A DNA stretch of 62,512 nucleotides, the filler included, from Globobulimina sp. (taxonomy: Eukaryota), in the NCBI GenBank assembly GCA_003354225.1. It is 30 parts of 30 records of this genome, joined end to end, with 100 filler letters (N's around TTAATTAATTAA, not from the genome) between each part and the next. Parts side by side here need not be neighbours in the genome. Positions count along the whole stretch, not along the records: positions 1 to 1,989 come from PIVH01009960.1; positions 2,090 to 4,078 come from PIVH01009961.1; positions 4,179 to 6,167 come from PIVH01009962.1; positions 6,268 to 8,256 come from PIVH01009963.1; positions 8,357 to 10,345 come from PIVH01009964.1; positions 10,446 to 12,433 come from PIVH01009965.1; 24 more parts are not named here. One strand, given 5' to 3'. Below the pieces are notes generated by a model. It saw only the letters and a program-made list of their open reading frames with translations, searched no databases and had not been told where the DNA came from. Of this stretch, positions 1-11,721 are shown one piece after another. The first letter of the stretch is position 1. Every line of letters begins with the position of its first letter. Position numbers and translations under genes: made by a program.

Positions 1-1561
1 TTATTCTCCATTAATTTGCAAAATTTAATGAAATCAATATGGAGCATAATACGCGCTTCCTTTGCATGCACAATATAATCATTATAAAATTCATCTAAAC
101 CGTGCCGAATATTTGTGATTAACAATGCACGCAAAATATGTGATGGTATTACGTGTACAATGTGTTTACAAGAAGCCTGATAAAATTAATCCAAAAACCA
201 AAAACACAAAATTAAAACGGGCAGTTAAGACCATGACACTTTCACGTATGTTATTTTTCAAAGCAAAAAAAAAATATATTTGAACAACAACAACGAACAA
301 GAGATTGAAGAGAACGTATCAAATCCACCTACCTCAAGACTTCAAGTGGTACGCGGAATAATCACCAAAAGGAAAAGATCCCTTTCATGTAATCATAATA
401 AAAATAATTTACATCGGCTACTTTATCGACTTATCGTTGATTGGTTGTATAGGCCGTATTTGAACCAAGCAAAGTTTAGTGGGAGATTTTGGGCGTAATA
501 ATGGGTGCAATGGGTTCGGTGGAATATATCATAATTTGATAGTGAAACAGACGGAATATAGGTAGGATTTGGTGTTGTTTTATGTTCAATGAGGTTCCTC
601 GCCATTTGAATCAGCCATAATATAAATACCAATCGGTTTATCCAGTGCCATATTGGTGAGTAATATTATGATGAAATTGAAATATAATCTGATTAATAAT
701 TACAAATTGCAATGGCCAAATTGCTTGTTTGTTCCAGCCATGAGCCCATTCGTTATAAAAATATATATTGCAATAATTATAGCGAATGTCGACATATTCC
801 AAATTACAGAAAGGCTGTGCTGTATTAATAATTGCAGAATCCATCGAATCTGTGCACATAATAATAATGCTAAATTACGAGTTTTAGATGAAATTACAAA
901 CAAAACGAAGAATAATATTCTTGCGAACTCAACGCGAACCCAAAAACAGAGACGTTTTTTAATCCGATGAGTTAACCGAAATTAATAACTTTTGCAAAAC
1001 TTCCAAAGCTCATTTAATTTGTGATTATTACGATGAAAATGAACAAGAAAGGGTTGATATTGTGGCAAACGAATTAGTTGTAATGTTATGGAGTATTAAA
1101 TTGACTGCGTTGCAGTTATATTATTAGTTATTAATAAGAGTAATATTTATTGATTACAATGGGATAACATTTATCATTGATAAACACCGCGAAAACAAAC
1201 AAACAAAACTATCGGATACAAAAAGAAAAACAAAAAATGTGTCAACCATCAACGAGTCCATTCAAGTAATCTAAAAATGTATGTTTTTCATGATGCACAT
1301 ATTTAATATCTATTTATTCTGCAAATAAAACCTTTAATAATACACATCACATGCAATGTAATGATCGTTTTTACGAATTAGTTTGCTTAAATATCAAACT
1401 GATTAATAAAAACTAAAAAAGATCATTCATTGTTACGCAGAATGAACAAATATTAATAAAAACACAAAAACGAAAATATGTAATAGTATACCTTTAAACC
1501 CATTACATATTACATTTACATATATCACTCAAAACACACATTTTTATTTTTTGTAATTTTC

Positions 1562-1948
1562 TTATTTTATTGCTTCTTTTGCTTCTTGTTTTGCATTTGC
1601 TGCTGCATTATTTTTTTCTTCTTTTGCTTTTTGTTTTGCTTTTGCTGCTGCATTTTTTTTTTCTTTTTCTTCGACTTTTTTTTGTGCAGCGAGTTTATCT
1701 TCATCTTCATCTTCATCCTCATCGCTTGAAGGAAGCTCTCCAATACTTTGCAATACAAATTCTTCTAATTCTTCCCAAAGCCCATCTGGAATTTTTAGAG
1801 CGTGTGCAGTAATCTCTGCCCTTAGCCACTGATCACCGAGAGCGCAACCAAATATTTTTGGTGCAATTTTTTGGAAATGATCATCCCATAAATGACCCAA
1901 TTCTTTTGATTCCATCCATCCTTTTAATTTACCCATTAATATCTCCAT
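1562..1948 (-). CDS. Hypothetical protein with acidic and Lys/Ala-rich low-complexity C-terminus
   Basis: 128-aa ORF with a globular-looking N-half, an EDEDEDED tract and two KKNAAAKAKQ-like repeats. May be 5'-partial. Confidence 0.5.
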   Translation of the reverse strand: MEILMGKLKGWMESKELGHLWDDHFQKIAPKIFGCALGDQWLRAEITAHALKIPDGLWEELEEFVLQSIGELPSSDEDEDEDEDKLAAQKKVEEKEKKNAAAKAKQKAKEEKNNAAANAKQEAKEAIK

Positions 1949-1989
1949 TATATAAATGTATAACAGATATTTGTCGTTTATGAGTAGGG

Positions 1990-2089
1990 NNNNNNNNNNN
2001 NNNNNNNNNNNNNNNNNNNNNNNNNNNNNNNNNTTAATTAATTAANNNNNNNNNNNNNNNNNNNNNNNNNNNNNNNNNNNNNNNNNNNN
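1990..2089. other. Artificial contig-joining linker (first of 29, repeated about every 2.09 kb)
   Basis: N-run + TTAATTAATTAA (stop codons in all six frames) + N-run, 100 nt. The flanking segments shrink steadily from 1989 to 1985 bp, as expected for length-sorted contigs. Confidence 0.98.
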
Positions 2090-2292
2090 ATTTTCAGTCA
2101 AATCGGTTATAATAAATTTCAAAAAAGTGGTATAGGCATCACATGGTATTTTAACATTCCATATTTTAATTGGCTTTGCGTAGACTCAAACATCAATACT
2201 GTCCCAGATACCATCACTGGAAATTGCCGACAGGCCTTTAGCTATGGCGCAAATTATCCGGGCAGAGTAATGGACATTGGTTTTGACCAATA

Positions 2293-3207
2293 TTGGCCAT
2301 AAATGGCGGCCTTATGTACATTGATCCAAACAATGGAACAACACAATATCACGTCGCATTTACCTGTACAGGTGGTGGCCACTCAAACTTTCTCAGCAAA
2401 CAGCCCACTTCGCCAAATCCAACATTTACTCCAACTGCGAAACCAACAAATGAGCCAACAGTTAATCCAACCAATGATCCAACGATTGCGCCAACTACAA
2501 AGCAGCCAACAACACAAACACCAACGCAAGTTCCCACCGGTGATTATTGTGCTCGTTATAGGGAGATTCCGTTAGAAACGTGCTTCAAAAAAACCAGCGA
2601 TGTGTCATCTCACGACTCATCTGGGTATTATGCGTCGGAGTGGTCGGAGTATTATCGGTGTGATGAATTTGATTCTTCAAAAGTACGCAAATACTGGTGG
2701 AGCAATGCGAATTGCAGTGGCGAGTTTCCATCAGCTTATACGTTGTATGATTGTGATGGCGGTTGTTTTTGTGGTGGAGACCCGGATAAATGTGATATTG
2801 GTACATTTACTGCATATCATTGTGATTCCAATCAGGTAATAACAACCAAAGTGGTGCTTAATTATAATGCGTGCTCGAAAATTGATGGTTCATCTTCATC
2901 ATCAGCATCGTTTACATGCGATTCAAGAAATTTAATTTCCTATAACGCATTTCATACAAATGCGCATTGTAATGGTGAACCTTTTGATGGAACGACTTAT
3001 TTGGATACCCATGTATGTGGAAATGCTGCTTCCTGTGGTAATCAGTGCGGAGAATTCTATTATCAAACATTTTGTGATGGTACAGATATTGTTACAAATG
3101 ATGATAATACCACGTATACCACGAATACCACGAATACCAGCGATGCAGTGGGAATACTTGAGACAACACAAATATTACTGTTGTTGTTTTTAATTTTGGG
3201 TATATAA
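2293..3207 (+). CDS. Cys-rich cell-surface protein with PT repeats and hydrophobic C-terminus (5'-partial)
   Basis: PTxxPT repeats, many Cys (CSGE, CDGGCFC, NAHCNG), a Thr-rich stalk and a terminal hydrophobic tail (possible GPI signal). Confidence 0.7.
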   Translation: MAINGGLMYIDPNNGTTQYHVAFTCTGGGHSNFLSKQPTSPNPTFTPTAKPTNEPTVNPTNDPTIAPTTKQPTTQTPTQVPTGDYCARYREIPLETCFKKTSDVSSHDSSGYYASEWSEYYRCDEFDSSKVRKYWWSNANCSGEFPSAYTLYDCDGGCFCGGDPDKCDIGTFTAYHCDSNQVITTKVVLNYNACSKIDGSSSSSASFTCDSRNLISYNAFHTNAHCNGEPFDGTTYLDTHVCGNAASCGNQCGEFYYQTFCDGTDIVTNDDNTTYTTNTTNTSDAVGILETTQILLLLFLILGI

Positions 3208-3320
3208 TAAGAAACACATCCGTTTTCTACCGGACTCATAAATAATGATGTTTTGTTTTCATAAATAATAATAATAATAATCTAAAAACTTAGCTTTTTT
3301 TTGAAAACTTCTTGTATTAC

Positions 3321-4078
3321 ATGGTGGATTTAGAGAGTGTTTCACAAACAACGTATGGATGGCTTGGTACCACAGCAAGTCAAGTGTTCATCATGCAATT
3401 AGGCTTTGTCTGTTACGAGGCAGGATTTGTGCATCCAATTTGGACGTCAACGATCATTCATAAAAATGTTCAAGATACCTTTGTGGTACGTTTAATTTTC
3501 AAATTCAAATTTGTGATCATGTCGCCATGCCACATATTTTATGATATTTAGGGAATTCTAACTTATTTATTATTCACGCACGCTTTTGTTGTATCGCCAA
3601 AGTCGTTCCATGGAATCATATCCATTCCAAATGATATCTATTTAATCGGTACCGGCCCAGAAGAACATGCGGATATTTTAATTGCCTGCATGTTTGCCAC
3701 AACTGTTAATTAAATTGCATCTCTTTTCTCTTTTATGTGTAATATTTATTGTGTGCTATCGATATCTCTTCAGTGTGCCACAATTATCTCTGGCGGAGTT
3801 CTCGAAAGAATGAAGAACAAAGTTTATCTGTTATGGTGTTTTCTTACTATTCTTGTCACGTATTCGTTCGTTGCACATTGGATTTGGAGTCCGCTCGGAT
3901 GGCTAAATAAATTAGTATGTGTTTTTAAAATGTACAGTATCTGCGTTTCTTGTGCATTGTTGTTGCATTATATTAATATATCTGACCTGTAATAAAGGGT
4001 TATGTTGATGGCGGTGGATCCTTTGTTGTCCATTGTGTTGGCGGAGTGGCCGCAACCATCGCAATTTACAATGTTGGG
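3321..4078 (+). CDS. amt: Ammonium transporter (Amt/MEP family), 3 introns, 3'-truncated
   Basis: Exons 3321-3485, 3552-3704, 3774-3914 and 3998-4078 splice in frame. They give FIMQLGF..EAG, MFATT/CATIISGGVLER, HWIWSPLGWL and GYVDGGGSFVVHCVGG, which are Amt motifs. Confidence 0.92.
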
Positions 4079-4180
4079 NNNNNNNNNNNNNNNNNNNNNN
4101 NNNNNNNNNNNNNNNNNNNNNNTTAATTAATTAANNNNNNNNNNNNNNNNNNNNNNNNNNNNNNNNNNNNNNNNNNNNAG

Positions 4181-4471
4181 GGCCAATGCTTTATTGATCC
4201 CAAAAAACGACGTGCCACAGGCGCAAGCCTTTTATTCAGAAACAAGCGGCTCCTGAAACGATTAGAGACTGAGATACTTGCTGAAATCCTGACTCATTCC
4301 CGCCTACTTCATATCTGGTGCGCTGGCTGCTCCATCGGTATGGAGACTTATTCCGTTGCAATGATTGTTTTAGACTGGTTACAAAAACATATTTGTGAGG
4401 ACATGACTGCATTAATTGAGTCCAACGGGACCAGAAAGAGGAAGTTCGAGTGTGCTATACCAAATCGTTAA
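4181..4471 (+). pseudogene. CheR-type methyltransferase-like fragment (not in the ORF track)
   Basis: Translation: ...TGASLLFRNKRLLKRLETEILAEILTHSRLLHIWCAGCSIGMETYSVAMIV... This resembles CheR T-x-FFR...RIWSAGCSTGEEPYSIAM. It stops at 4469-4471, before the later CheR motifs. Confidence 0.7.
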
Positions 4472-4593
4472 TATTTTATTACTAAAAACAAACAAATTTA
4501 CACAAAATAAAAATAAATATTAACACAGTGTATACATTGTATATTTTAATAATATCAATAAACTAATACTTAAAAATGAAAAAACTATACAAA

Positions 4594-6167
4594 TTAGACA
4601 GACATTCGACTATTTATCTCTTTTGGTGTTTTCCCAATAGTTCCAATGGTCGCATTACTTTCCGCGCCCAAACTCTCCTCGCCGACCCAATGTATATTGC
4701 TATCCTCAGAAATGCTGCGCAAAAGAACAGTAATATTGCCTCCTCTGTTCACGGTCATCTTTTCTTTGGTGTTCATGATATTGGAAACCTCATCAAATTG
4801 CTTACTTAAAAGTTGCTTTTCTTTGGCTTTCTGAATAATCTTTTTCTTATCCAAATTCTCATTGGTCACCACAGACAACACAGTGCTTACGAGAGAGCAC
4901 GCTCCCATAAATATTATGTAATAATACCAGCCGCCGAATATTTGGTCTTTGCATTGCGTAATAACAACAACCATCAAACTCGCGGGCGCCTCACACCAAA
5001 TAAACAAACCCACGATCAAACCGGTATATTTTGCACCAAATGTGTTGGAAACGAGCGTTGGTAAGAAACCAAATTGACAGCCCACACAAATCCAGATGCA
5101 GCACAACCAAATTCCAAACAGAGTCTCCGTCGAAACAAAAGAGAAACTATTTATAAATGGCAATGTCGTCACAAATACTCCAACAATGAATGTTTGGATT
5201 CCCATTGATATCTAAACGCAGCATATTTAGGTTTGTATTTGGTGCGAAAACAGATATAATTTGTACAGTGTATATACCTTAAAAGATTTATTCCAATCAT
5301 AAAAAATGCCCCATCCAAATCTCCCAATGCCATTACACAACGCACCTAAACTCCCCATCAATGCCAAATAATTATCATTGTCGATTTTCAAATGCTGATT
5401 GGCAAATTCTTTCCATTCCGCAGCAAAAAACATCAGTACATAGGAATACAGAAAATTATTGATCCAGAACATCCAAAATGTGAACGTACTCATTGTCTGA
5501 CGCACTGTTAAAGAATATTTTTCATACTTCATTTGCTGTTTGCTTTGTTTTTCTGTGGTTTTATCCCGATCTTTTTCTGGGATATACCACGATGGGTTTT
5601 TCACACAACACAATGAAATAATTTGCATAATTACCGCAATCCCCGCAATCTTGAGGAACATATACGGTATTTCATCGATAACATGTTTCTGTAAACAATA
5701 TCCAACATCATCATCCATTGCAGCATCGCTTGGATTGGCGAGCAATTCTTGCAAATAATCCCAGATTAAAGGCGAGCCGCCAAATACAGCGCTGATAATA
5801 CCACACACTCTGCCTTGGTTGAAGGGGAACCACCGCATACAGACAACCACAATTATGGGATATCCTAAACCTATGCCTAAACCAAATAAGAAGCCATACG
5901 AAAACAACACTAAATATATGCTGTTCAACAGCAAAGCAAAGCACGTTCCGCCAAACCCTACGGACACAAATGTGGATGCGAGTAAAATTGCTATTCTGGG
6001 GCCAAAATATAATTCTGTGAAAGTTAAAAGGCCGAAATTAAAAATGTTTCGATCACAAACAGAGGGAAAGTATACGTACCAACTTTGCCGCCTAAAATAG
6101 CACCAAATGTCATTGTTGTGATTAATAAAAAAAATGAATAATTTGCAATTGATGTGTAATTATCATA
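4594..6167 (-). CDS. MFS transporter, oxalate:formate antiporter (OxlT)-like, 5'-truncated, at least 2 introns
   Basis: Multiple TM helices with YGFLFGLGIGLGY, MRWFP..QGRVCG, NGIGRFGWG and FGAKYTG. Intron 5212-5277 joins the two ORFs in frame; a second intron lies near 6015-6078. Confidence 0.85.
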
Positions 6168-6267
6168 NNNNNNNNNNNNNNNNNNNNNNNNNNNNNNNNN
6201 NNNNNNNNNNNTTAATTAATTAANNNNNNNNNNNNNNNNNNNNNNNNNNNNNNNNNNNNNNNNNNNN

Positions 6268-6986
6268 CTCTCTCTGGGATACAAAGTGATGCACCACATA
6301 CTATCCACGACTTGGCTGCTCATCGATTTCTTGATGGTTCCTTTTTGAAATAATGCCAATTCATCGCCACGCAAAAAATATTTAATTTCACTTTTCTTTT
6401 TCATGGATGCTTTTTTATGCATTGATATATTATTATTATCAGTAAATACATTATTTTTCACAATCAACCTTAAAATATTTAATTCAATTCGAATTGTGAT
6501 GGTTTTGGTGTTCATATCCTTTAATTCAGATAATGGGCAATGTTTGCTCCAATATTCATACTCTCCGTTTGCTATCGTATCCATCCAACCGCTGCTGCTG
6601 TACACCTCCAACACGCGAAATAAACGAAAAAATGTGAATTTCTCAATGAATGAAGGCAGCGAAAAGTACAAATGAATGATAAAATAGCCGTGTAATTGCT
6701 GAATGTTACCATTTGGGTATATTACTAATTTGCATTCCATTCGACATAAATTGAATGTATCGCTTTCAAATTTGTCGCCGCATTTTGCATTCAATATTTT
6801 CTGCACTAATGCTTTATTATCGATTTTCCACTCGAATAATCCGCAATTGTTATAGAAGTTTTTTAGATATGACAGTGTTATTAATGATATTCCAAATGGT
6901 ATACATTGATTTTGATTACAAACTAAGGACTCTGCTTCTTTCATATATCGGCCAACTATCATTTGGGTCGCATCATATTCGTTCAT
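6268..6986 (-). CDS. MATH-like domain protein (tandem units), 3'-truncated
   Basis: FEWKI..., KFESDTF...CKLVIYPNG...F.IHL pattern, and a second unit starting MSSQVVDSMWCITLYP. Confidence 0.65.
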
Positions 6987-7150
6987 TTTTAAATAAAATA
7001 GTAATAAATGGTCACTGTTCACCAGTGTCACGATAGCATTATTATTCGTTGGGTTGCGTTTGAAGCAGAGAGACAATATTTTACCAGCGACATGATAGGA
7101 AGTTGATACTTCGAAGTTGAAGTTAATAATAAAAAAAAACTTATTTAAAA

Positions 7151-8256
7151 ATGTCTGTCACCAATAACCGGTTACGTAAATATTCTAAATGGCCTTTGAT
7201 CAGTTTGATGGTTCTGTACATATGTTTTGTGTTGTTATGGATATTTTATTATACAAAATCAGCAGAAAGCTATGTTACTCAAATGAGACTATCAAATATT
7301 AATAATACCAATTCAGTGAAACTGAAGACCACAGTCATACATCAGCCGCATCAATATCACACGGAACTAATTTTCAACAACACCGAGAGCAGAAAATGCT
7401 TTATATATTACAGTGCATATTCTCATTTAGAAATCCTGCCAACATTAATCGAATCATTCTTGAATCAAAATGTCACGGATTTCTACATCATAGCACCAAT
7501 GATGAGTTTTTACGCACACCGTAAAATTTTCGAGGAGTATTATCAACAAAGCCATTCAGTTAACAATCATTTGCAAATACATTGCATTTTATTGCTACAC
7601 CCGACGATTACATACAATCTTTTGTCCACCTTTAATCACAATGATATATTTATAATTTCTACAATGTACTGGTCTCAGAATCATGCACAAACAGCAATGC
7701 ATATCGCTGATATCAACAGTGCGTACAATCTAAAATATCATTATTTCATAATGTTCCATTCTCCGCCAAGTATACCTCTCACAAAGAAAAAGAAAAAGTT
7801 ATTCAGTGAGCCATGGCAATATCTGGTCAATGACTCTTTTTATGCGTTATCGTTAACGCCAACTTTCAGATTATTTTCCAACAAAACACACACATTAATT
7901 CCAACATATTCCTATTTTTCCAGCAGCAAACTGGAGGGAAATAATTGTGTGAAAAAAAAGAAATATGTTATTATTATTTCTGGTGCTGATGAAAGGAAAC
8001 GGGACAAACACTTATTACTCAATATACTGCAAAATGATGTCTTTGAAAAGGAATTAAGTGAATATTTTATATTTAAATGGTATGGATTTTTCACAGAAAG
8101 TGATAAAGCATTTTTTGAAAACTATCACGATTCATTGCAGATATTTGATGGATTGAATGATTATGAATTTGCAGAAAAGATATTGATGGGAGATATTTAT
8201 TTTAGTATGATATCACAGCTTACAATCAAAGATTACGTACAAGGATGGAAATTTAC
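7151..8256 (+). CDS. Type II membrane protein, putative glycosyltransferase, 3'-truncated
   Basis: Short basic N-terminus, one TM helix and a stem, then an alpha/beta luminal domain (IIISG...RKRD, DIYF). The family call is tentative. Confidence 0.5.
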
Positions 8257-8435
8257 NNNNNNNNNNNNNNNNNNNNNNNNNNNNNNNNNNNNNNNNNNNN
8301 TTAATTAATTAANNNNNNNNNNNNNNNNNNNNNNNNNNNNNNNNNNNNNNNNNNNNTTTTGTTATTAATAATTTATCTAAATATCAAAGCGAAGAAATAA
8401 ATAATTGTTTCCCTCATTATATTAATCAAACATTT

Positions 8436-8858
8436 ATGAATTTATGTAATTCAAAAAGTAATATCCATATTGATTTATATAACCTAAATAAATATCATTA
8501 TGAACTAACTCCTTCTTTGTTACATTCAAAATGTACAAATTTGGTACTTTTTGATTATATTTGTTTAATATTTCCACATTGTCAAACTATTGCAATTGAT
8601 GATGGTGGCACATTATCTATGCATTATTTTTCTTCATTGTTACAAATTATTCGTAAATTAAATCATTTGACTGATAAAATATGTAAAATTAAAACAATTG
8701 AAATTCGAACGGTTACTGTTGATTATACGGAATATAAATCTAATGATATCGAATCAACATTTGCCAATAAAAATTGGTTACTTGAGATTGAAAATCATTC
8801 TTTTGAGGCAAACACTGGTAATATAATTACTGATTTACTTTTAACAAAACAAACATAA
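8436..8858 (+). CDS. Hypothetical protein, C-terminal part
   Basis: 140-aa ORF near the contig start with no recognised motif. Confidence 0.45.
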   Translation: MNLCNSKSNIHIDLYNLNKYHYELTPSLLHSKCTNLVLFDYICLIFPHCQTIAIDDGGTLSMHYFSSLLQIIRKLNHLTDKICKIKTIEIRTVTVDYTEYKSNDIESTFANKNWLLEIENHSFEANTGNIITDLLLTKQT

Positions 8859-9255
8859 TATATTTATTTCATTTTTTGCTGCAATTATTTCCTTTAAAAT
8901 ATGTGTTTTTGACTGAATGTATTGTTTTTGTATCCTTTTTATTTGTTGTATACATATTTGTATATAATGCACTCCGTAACGTTCAAAAAACGTTATGACA
9001 TCCAACTCAGTTCCTGACTGCTAAAATTCATGTCAGTTCCATAAATGAATGTGGTTGACTTACATGGTAGGAATGTATTCGACTTCGTTGCGTGCTGCTG
9101 CGTCTATTTGAACATGTACAAACATTCTTTTTTTGAAACATAATTTATTTGAAAATTTTGAAAGTAAAGAGAAAGTGCGAGGATTATTCAAAAGTTTCCG
9201 TGTTTCAAATTATTTATGTTCTAAAGTATATGGCACAAAATTATTAATAATTTAT

Positions 9256-9747
9256 TTACAATGGACTGTCAGTCTCATTTCCATTAACTGACACAACTTT
9301 ATGTTTTCCTCTTTCAAATAATTGAATTTGAGCACATTTTGAGATGATAAATAAAATCCAAACTGTTATACAGCAACCAAATATTAAACCCGCTAAAAAT
9401 AATATTAAGCCACCATCAACAAACCATCTCGGTCTCGACATCTTTACAGATCTAAGATCTGGTCCAATAAATACACTCTGAGTCTCGAAATCTTTACATT
9501 CTGCAATTTCTCCATTCCATGGACAATATTGTTCGTTTCGATCACAATCTTTACAGTCCCAAAGTCCAGACATTTTCCACTCATCATCATCCTCTCCAGC
9601 CCAACAATCTGCTCCCCATTCAGTTGAAATACAGACATATGGATCAACACATTGTTGAGTCCCATCGATGGAACAAGGCTCATATATTGCTGATGCATCA
9701 AATAACAATGTCAATGAAAAGACTGATATAAACCAAACGTAATTCAT
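9256..9747 (-). CDS. Small type I membrane protein with Cys-rich ectodomain
   Basis: Signal peptide, 8-Cys ectodomain, one TM helix and a short tail. Confidence 0.7.
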   Translation of the reverse strand: MNYVWFISVFSLTLLFDASAIYEPCSIDGTQQCVDPYVCISTEWGADCWAGEDDDEWKMSGLWDCKDCDRNEQYCPWNGEIAECKDFETQSVFIGPDLRSVKMSRPRWFVDGGLILFLAGLIFGCCITVWILFIISKCAQIQLFERGKHKVVSVNGNETDSPL

Positions 9748-9870
9748 TTTAGTGTCTGGATGACTCTGGTTCTGACAATGTCACTTTTTAAGGATTGAGC
9801 TTGTTTTTGAGTTTTATTAGATAACCCCCTCGGCGCACAAACTTTACTGCCCTCTTAAGATAAATGAAAC

Positions 9871-10345
9871 ATGGCATTCGCAAATGACGATGAAGGTAAA
9901 AAGGATGGAAATGAGACATCCTCAATTTTAAAATCATACAATTTGCTTTTATTCAGTATTGAATGAACAACAATTTTCCAATACACCAAAAGCGTTACCA
10001 CAGTTTCCTTTGTATGTTGGTAATGCGGTACGATCAATAACATTCAGTGCAGTGTTTGATCAATACCAATTACAAAATCATTCATGGCAATGTTTAATAT
10101 CGATTGGTGCACCGCAAAACGGCCAGGCTTTTAATATAGGAAAGTTTATTACCAATCGTATTGGTGTAATGGGATATAATTATGATCATTATCCGGGTGA
10201 TGGCCATGTAAAGTATTACTTAACAAAATGGAACAATTATGCCATTGTTTATGAGAGTAAAAATTTAAGAAATTATATAAATGGAGAAATTGACACAAAA
10301 ATAGAGCGAAAATATTTAACTGGAAAAACATTATCACAAAGGAAT
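9871..10345 (+). CDS. LamG/concanavalin-A-like domain protein, 1 intron, 3'-truncated
   Basis: ATG at 9871; intron 9896-9956 splices in frame. W..YAIVY...LRNYINGE is a LamG_3-type motif. Confidence 0.65.
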
Positions 10346-10445
10346 NNNNNNNNNNNNNNNNNNNNNNNNNNNNNNNNNNNNNNNNNNNNTTAATTAATTA
10401 ANNNNNNNNNNNNNNNNNNNNNNNNNNNNNNNNNNNNNNNNNNNN

Positions 10446-10736
10446 GGAACAGGATATCATTCCAATACAAGCAAAACACGAAATCACTAATCCTTCAGTC
10501 GCAAAGGACATATCTTTTAAGGGCGGTATCCATATAATTATGGTCCAATATAAACTCGTAAATAATAACCACGCAAAAGTCACTCGACCTTCAATATTCC
10601 CAAAAATCGAGGATTTTACTGTTAAATCCATAGTTGCTGTTTTTGTTGCTATTTCTGTTGTTAGTTCCTCGGCTGCATTAACATCTGCTGCTCCTCCAAC
10701 TAAACCTACTTTTTCTGGATCCTTGTCGTCTGCCAT
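10446..10736 (-). CDS. Multi-pass membrane protein, N-terminal part
   Basis: ATG at 10736 and two hydrophobic helices before the contig end. Confidence 0.55.
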
Positions 10737-11018
10737 GATGTTGCAAACTCGCGACTACTCGACAAGTTTATACATGTTTGATGTCCGTGTTTTTTTTACA
10801 AAGAATAAATGTGCTGTACATTGGGATAATGTAATATGTTCAGTATTTACTTTGTATGTGTTTTCAATACTTTTCATGCGCAATCTTATGGGTTTTAATA
10901 TTTTTTATGGTGACGCCAATCTTATGTTATCTGTAAATTAATTACACACAGTTAAATATGAAAAATTTAAAACAGGAATCAATGATACAAACAAACACTG
11001 TATTATCAGATTCGACAA

Positions 11019-11606
11019 TTAAAATGAAAGCTGCTGCAGCCACGAAAATATCGCCAGAGGAGAAATTAAAAGAGCCACAATAACACAAATAATAATAAAC
11101 ACACAAATGATGCAACATTTAATCGTATTGTGGTTCAAACCATATTTACTCGTAACACTTTCAACACTTTTATTTGTATCATTATTTACGGATATTTTTT
11201 GTCGTTCGCTTATTTGACTTAAACCAAATTCATCATCAATATCAGGATTTTGATATTCCATTTGATTTCTTGATTGTGTGTATACATTATTTGTAACAGA
11301 TTTTTTTTGATTTTTTTTTGGACTGCACAGATGAATAATAATTTCTTTATTTCTTGGACATGGATATGCTTTATTTCTGCATTTGTGACATAATGCTTGA
11401 TTGTGGTTTTTGGATAAGTTATCGTTTCTTTTTTCATCTTTTGCTGGAACCAATAATATCTCAACTCTGTGTGCAAATACTTCTTCGTCACAACGTTGAC
11501 AATCTTGACCAAATTCCGGTGTACGAGTTGCATGGAAACACCAAGTATAGGCAGAGCGCCATGTTCTGCCGCAATTACATTCATAGTAACCGTAACGCCG
11601 TGACAT
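11019..11606 (-). CDS. 3CxxC zinc-binding (ZAR1/RTP-like) protein with C-terminal TM anchor
   Basis: YGYYECNCGRTWRSAYTWC...FGQDCQRC...KNHNQALCHKC resembles the ZAR1 C-terminal zinc domain. A hydrophobic helix lies at the C-terminus. Confidence 0.8.
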   Translation of the reverse strand: MSRRYGYYECNCGRTWRSAYTWCFHATRTPEFGQDCQRCDEEVFAHRVEILLVPAKDEKRNDNLSKNHNQALCHKCRNKAYPCPRNKEIIIHLCSPKKNQKKSVTNNVYTQSRNQMEYQNPDIDDEFGLSQISERQKISVNNDTNKSVESVTSKYGLNHNTIKCCIICVFIIICVIVALLISPLAIFSWLQQLSF

Positions 11607-11721
11607 TATACAGCTAAAATATGCTAGTTTTGAAATGAAACTAATTAAAATCAATTTAAAAAGGGCCGGTTGCGTTCATAATTAATAGTTAAACGAAATG
11701 AGAGCTGGTATTTACATTAAA

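Noticed and set aside
280-970. Overlapping short ORFs in the first contig
   Set aside because: There is no recognisable motif or consistent splice model; possibly a decayed gene.
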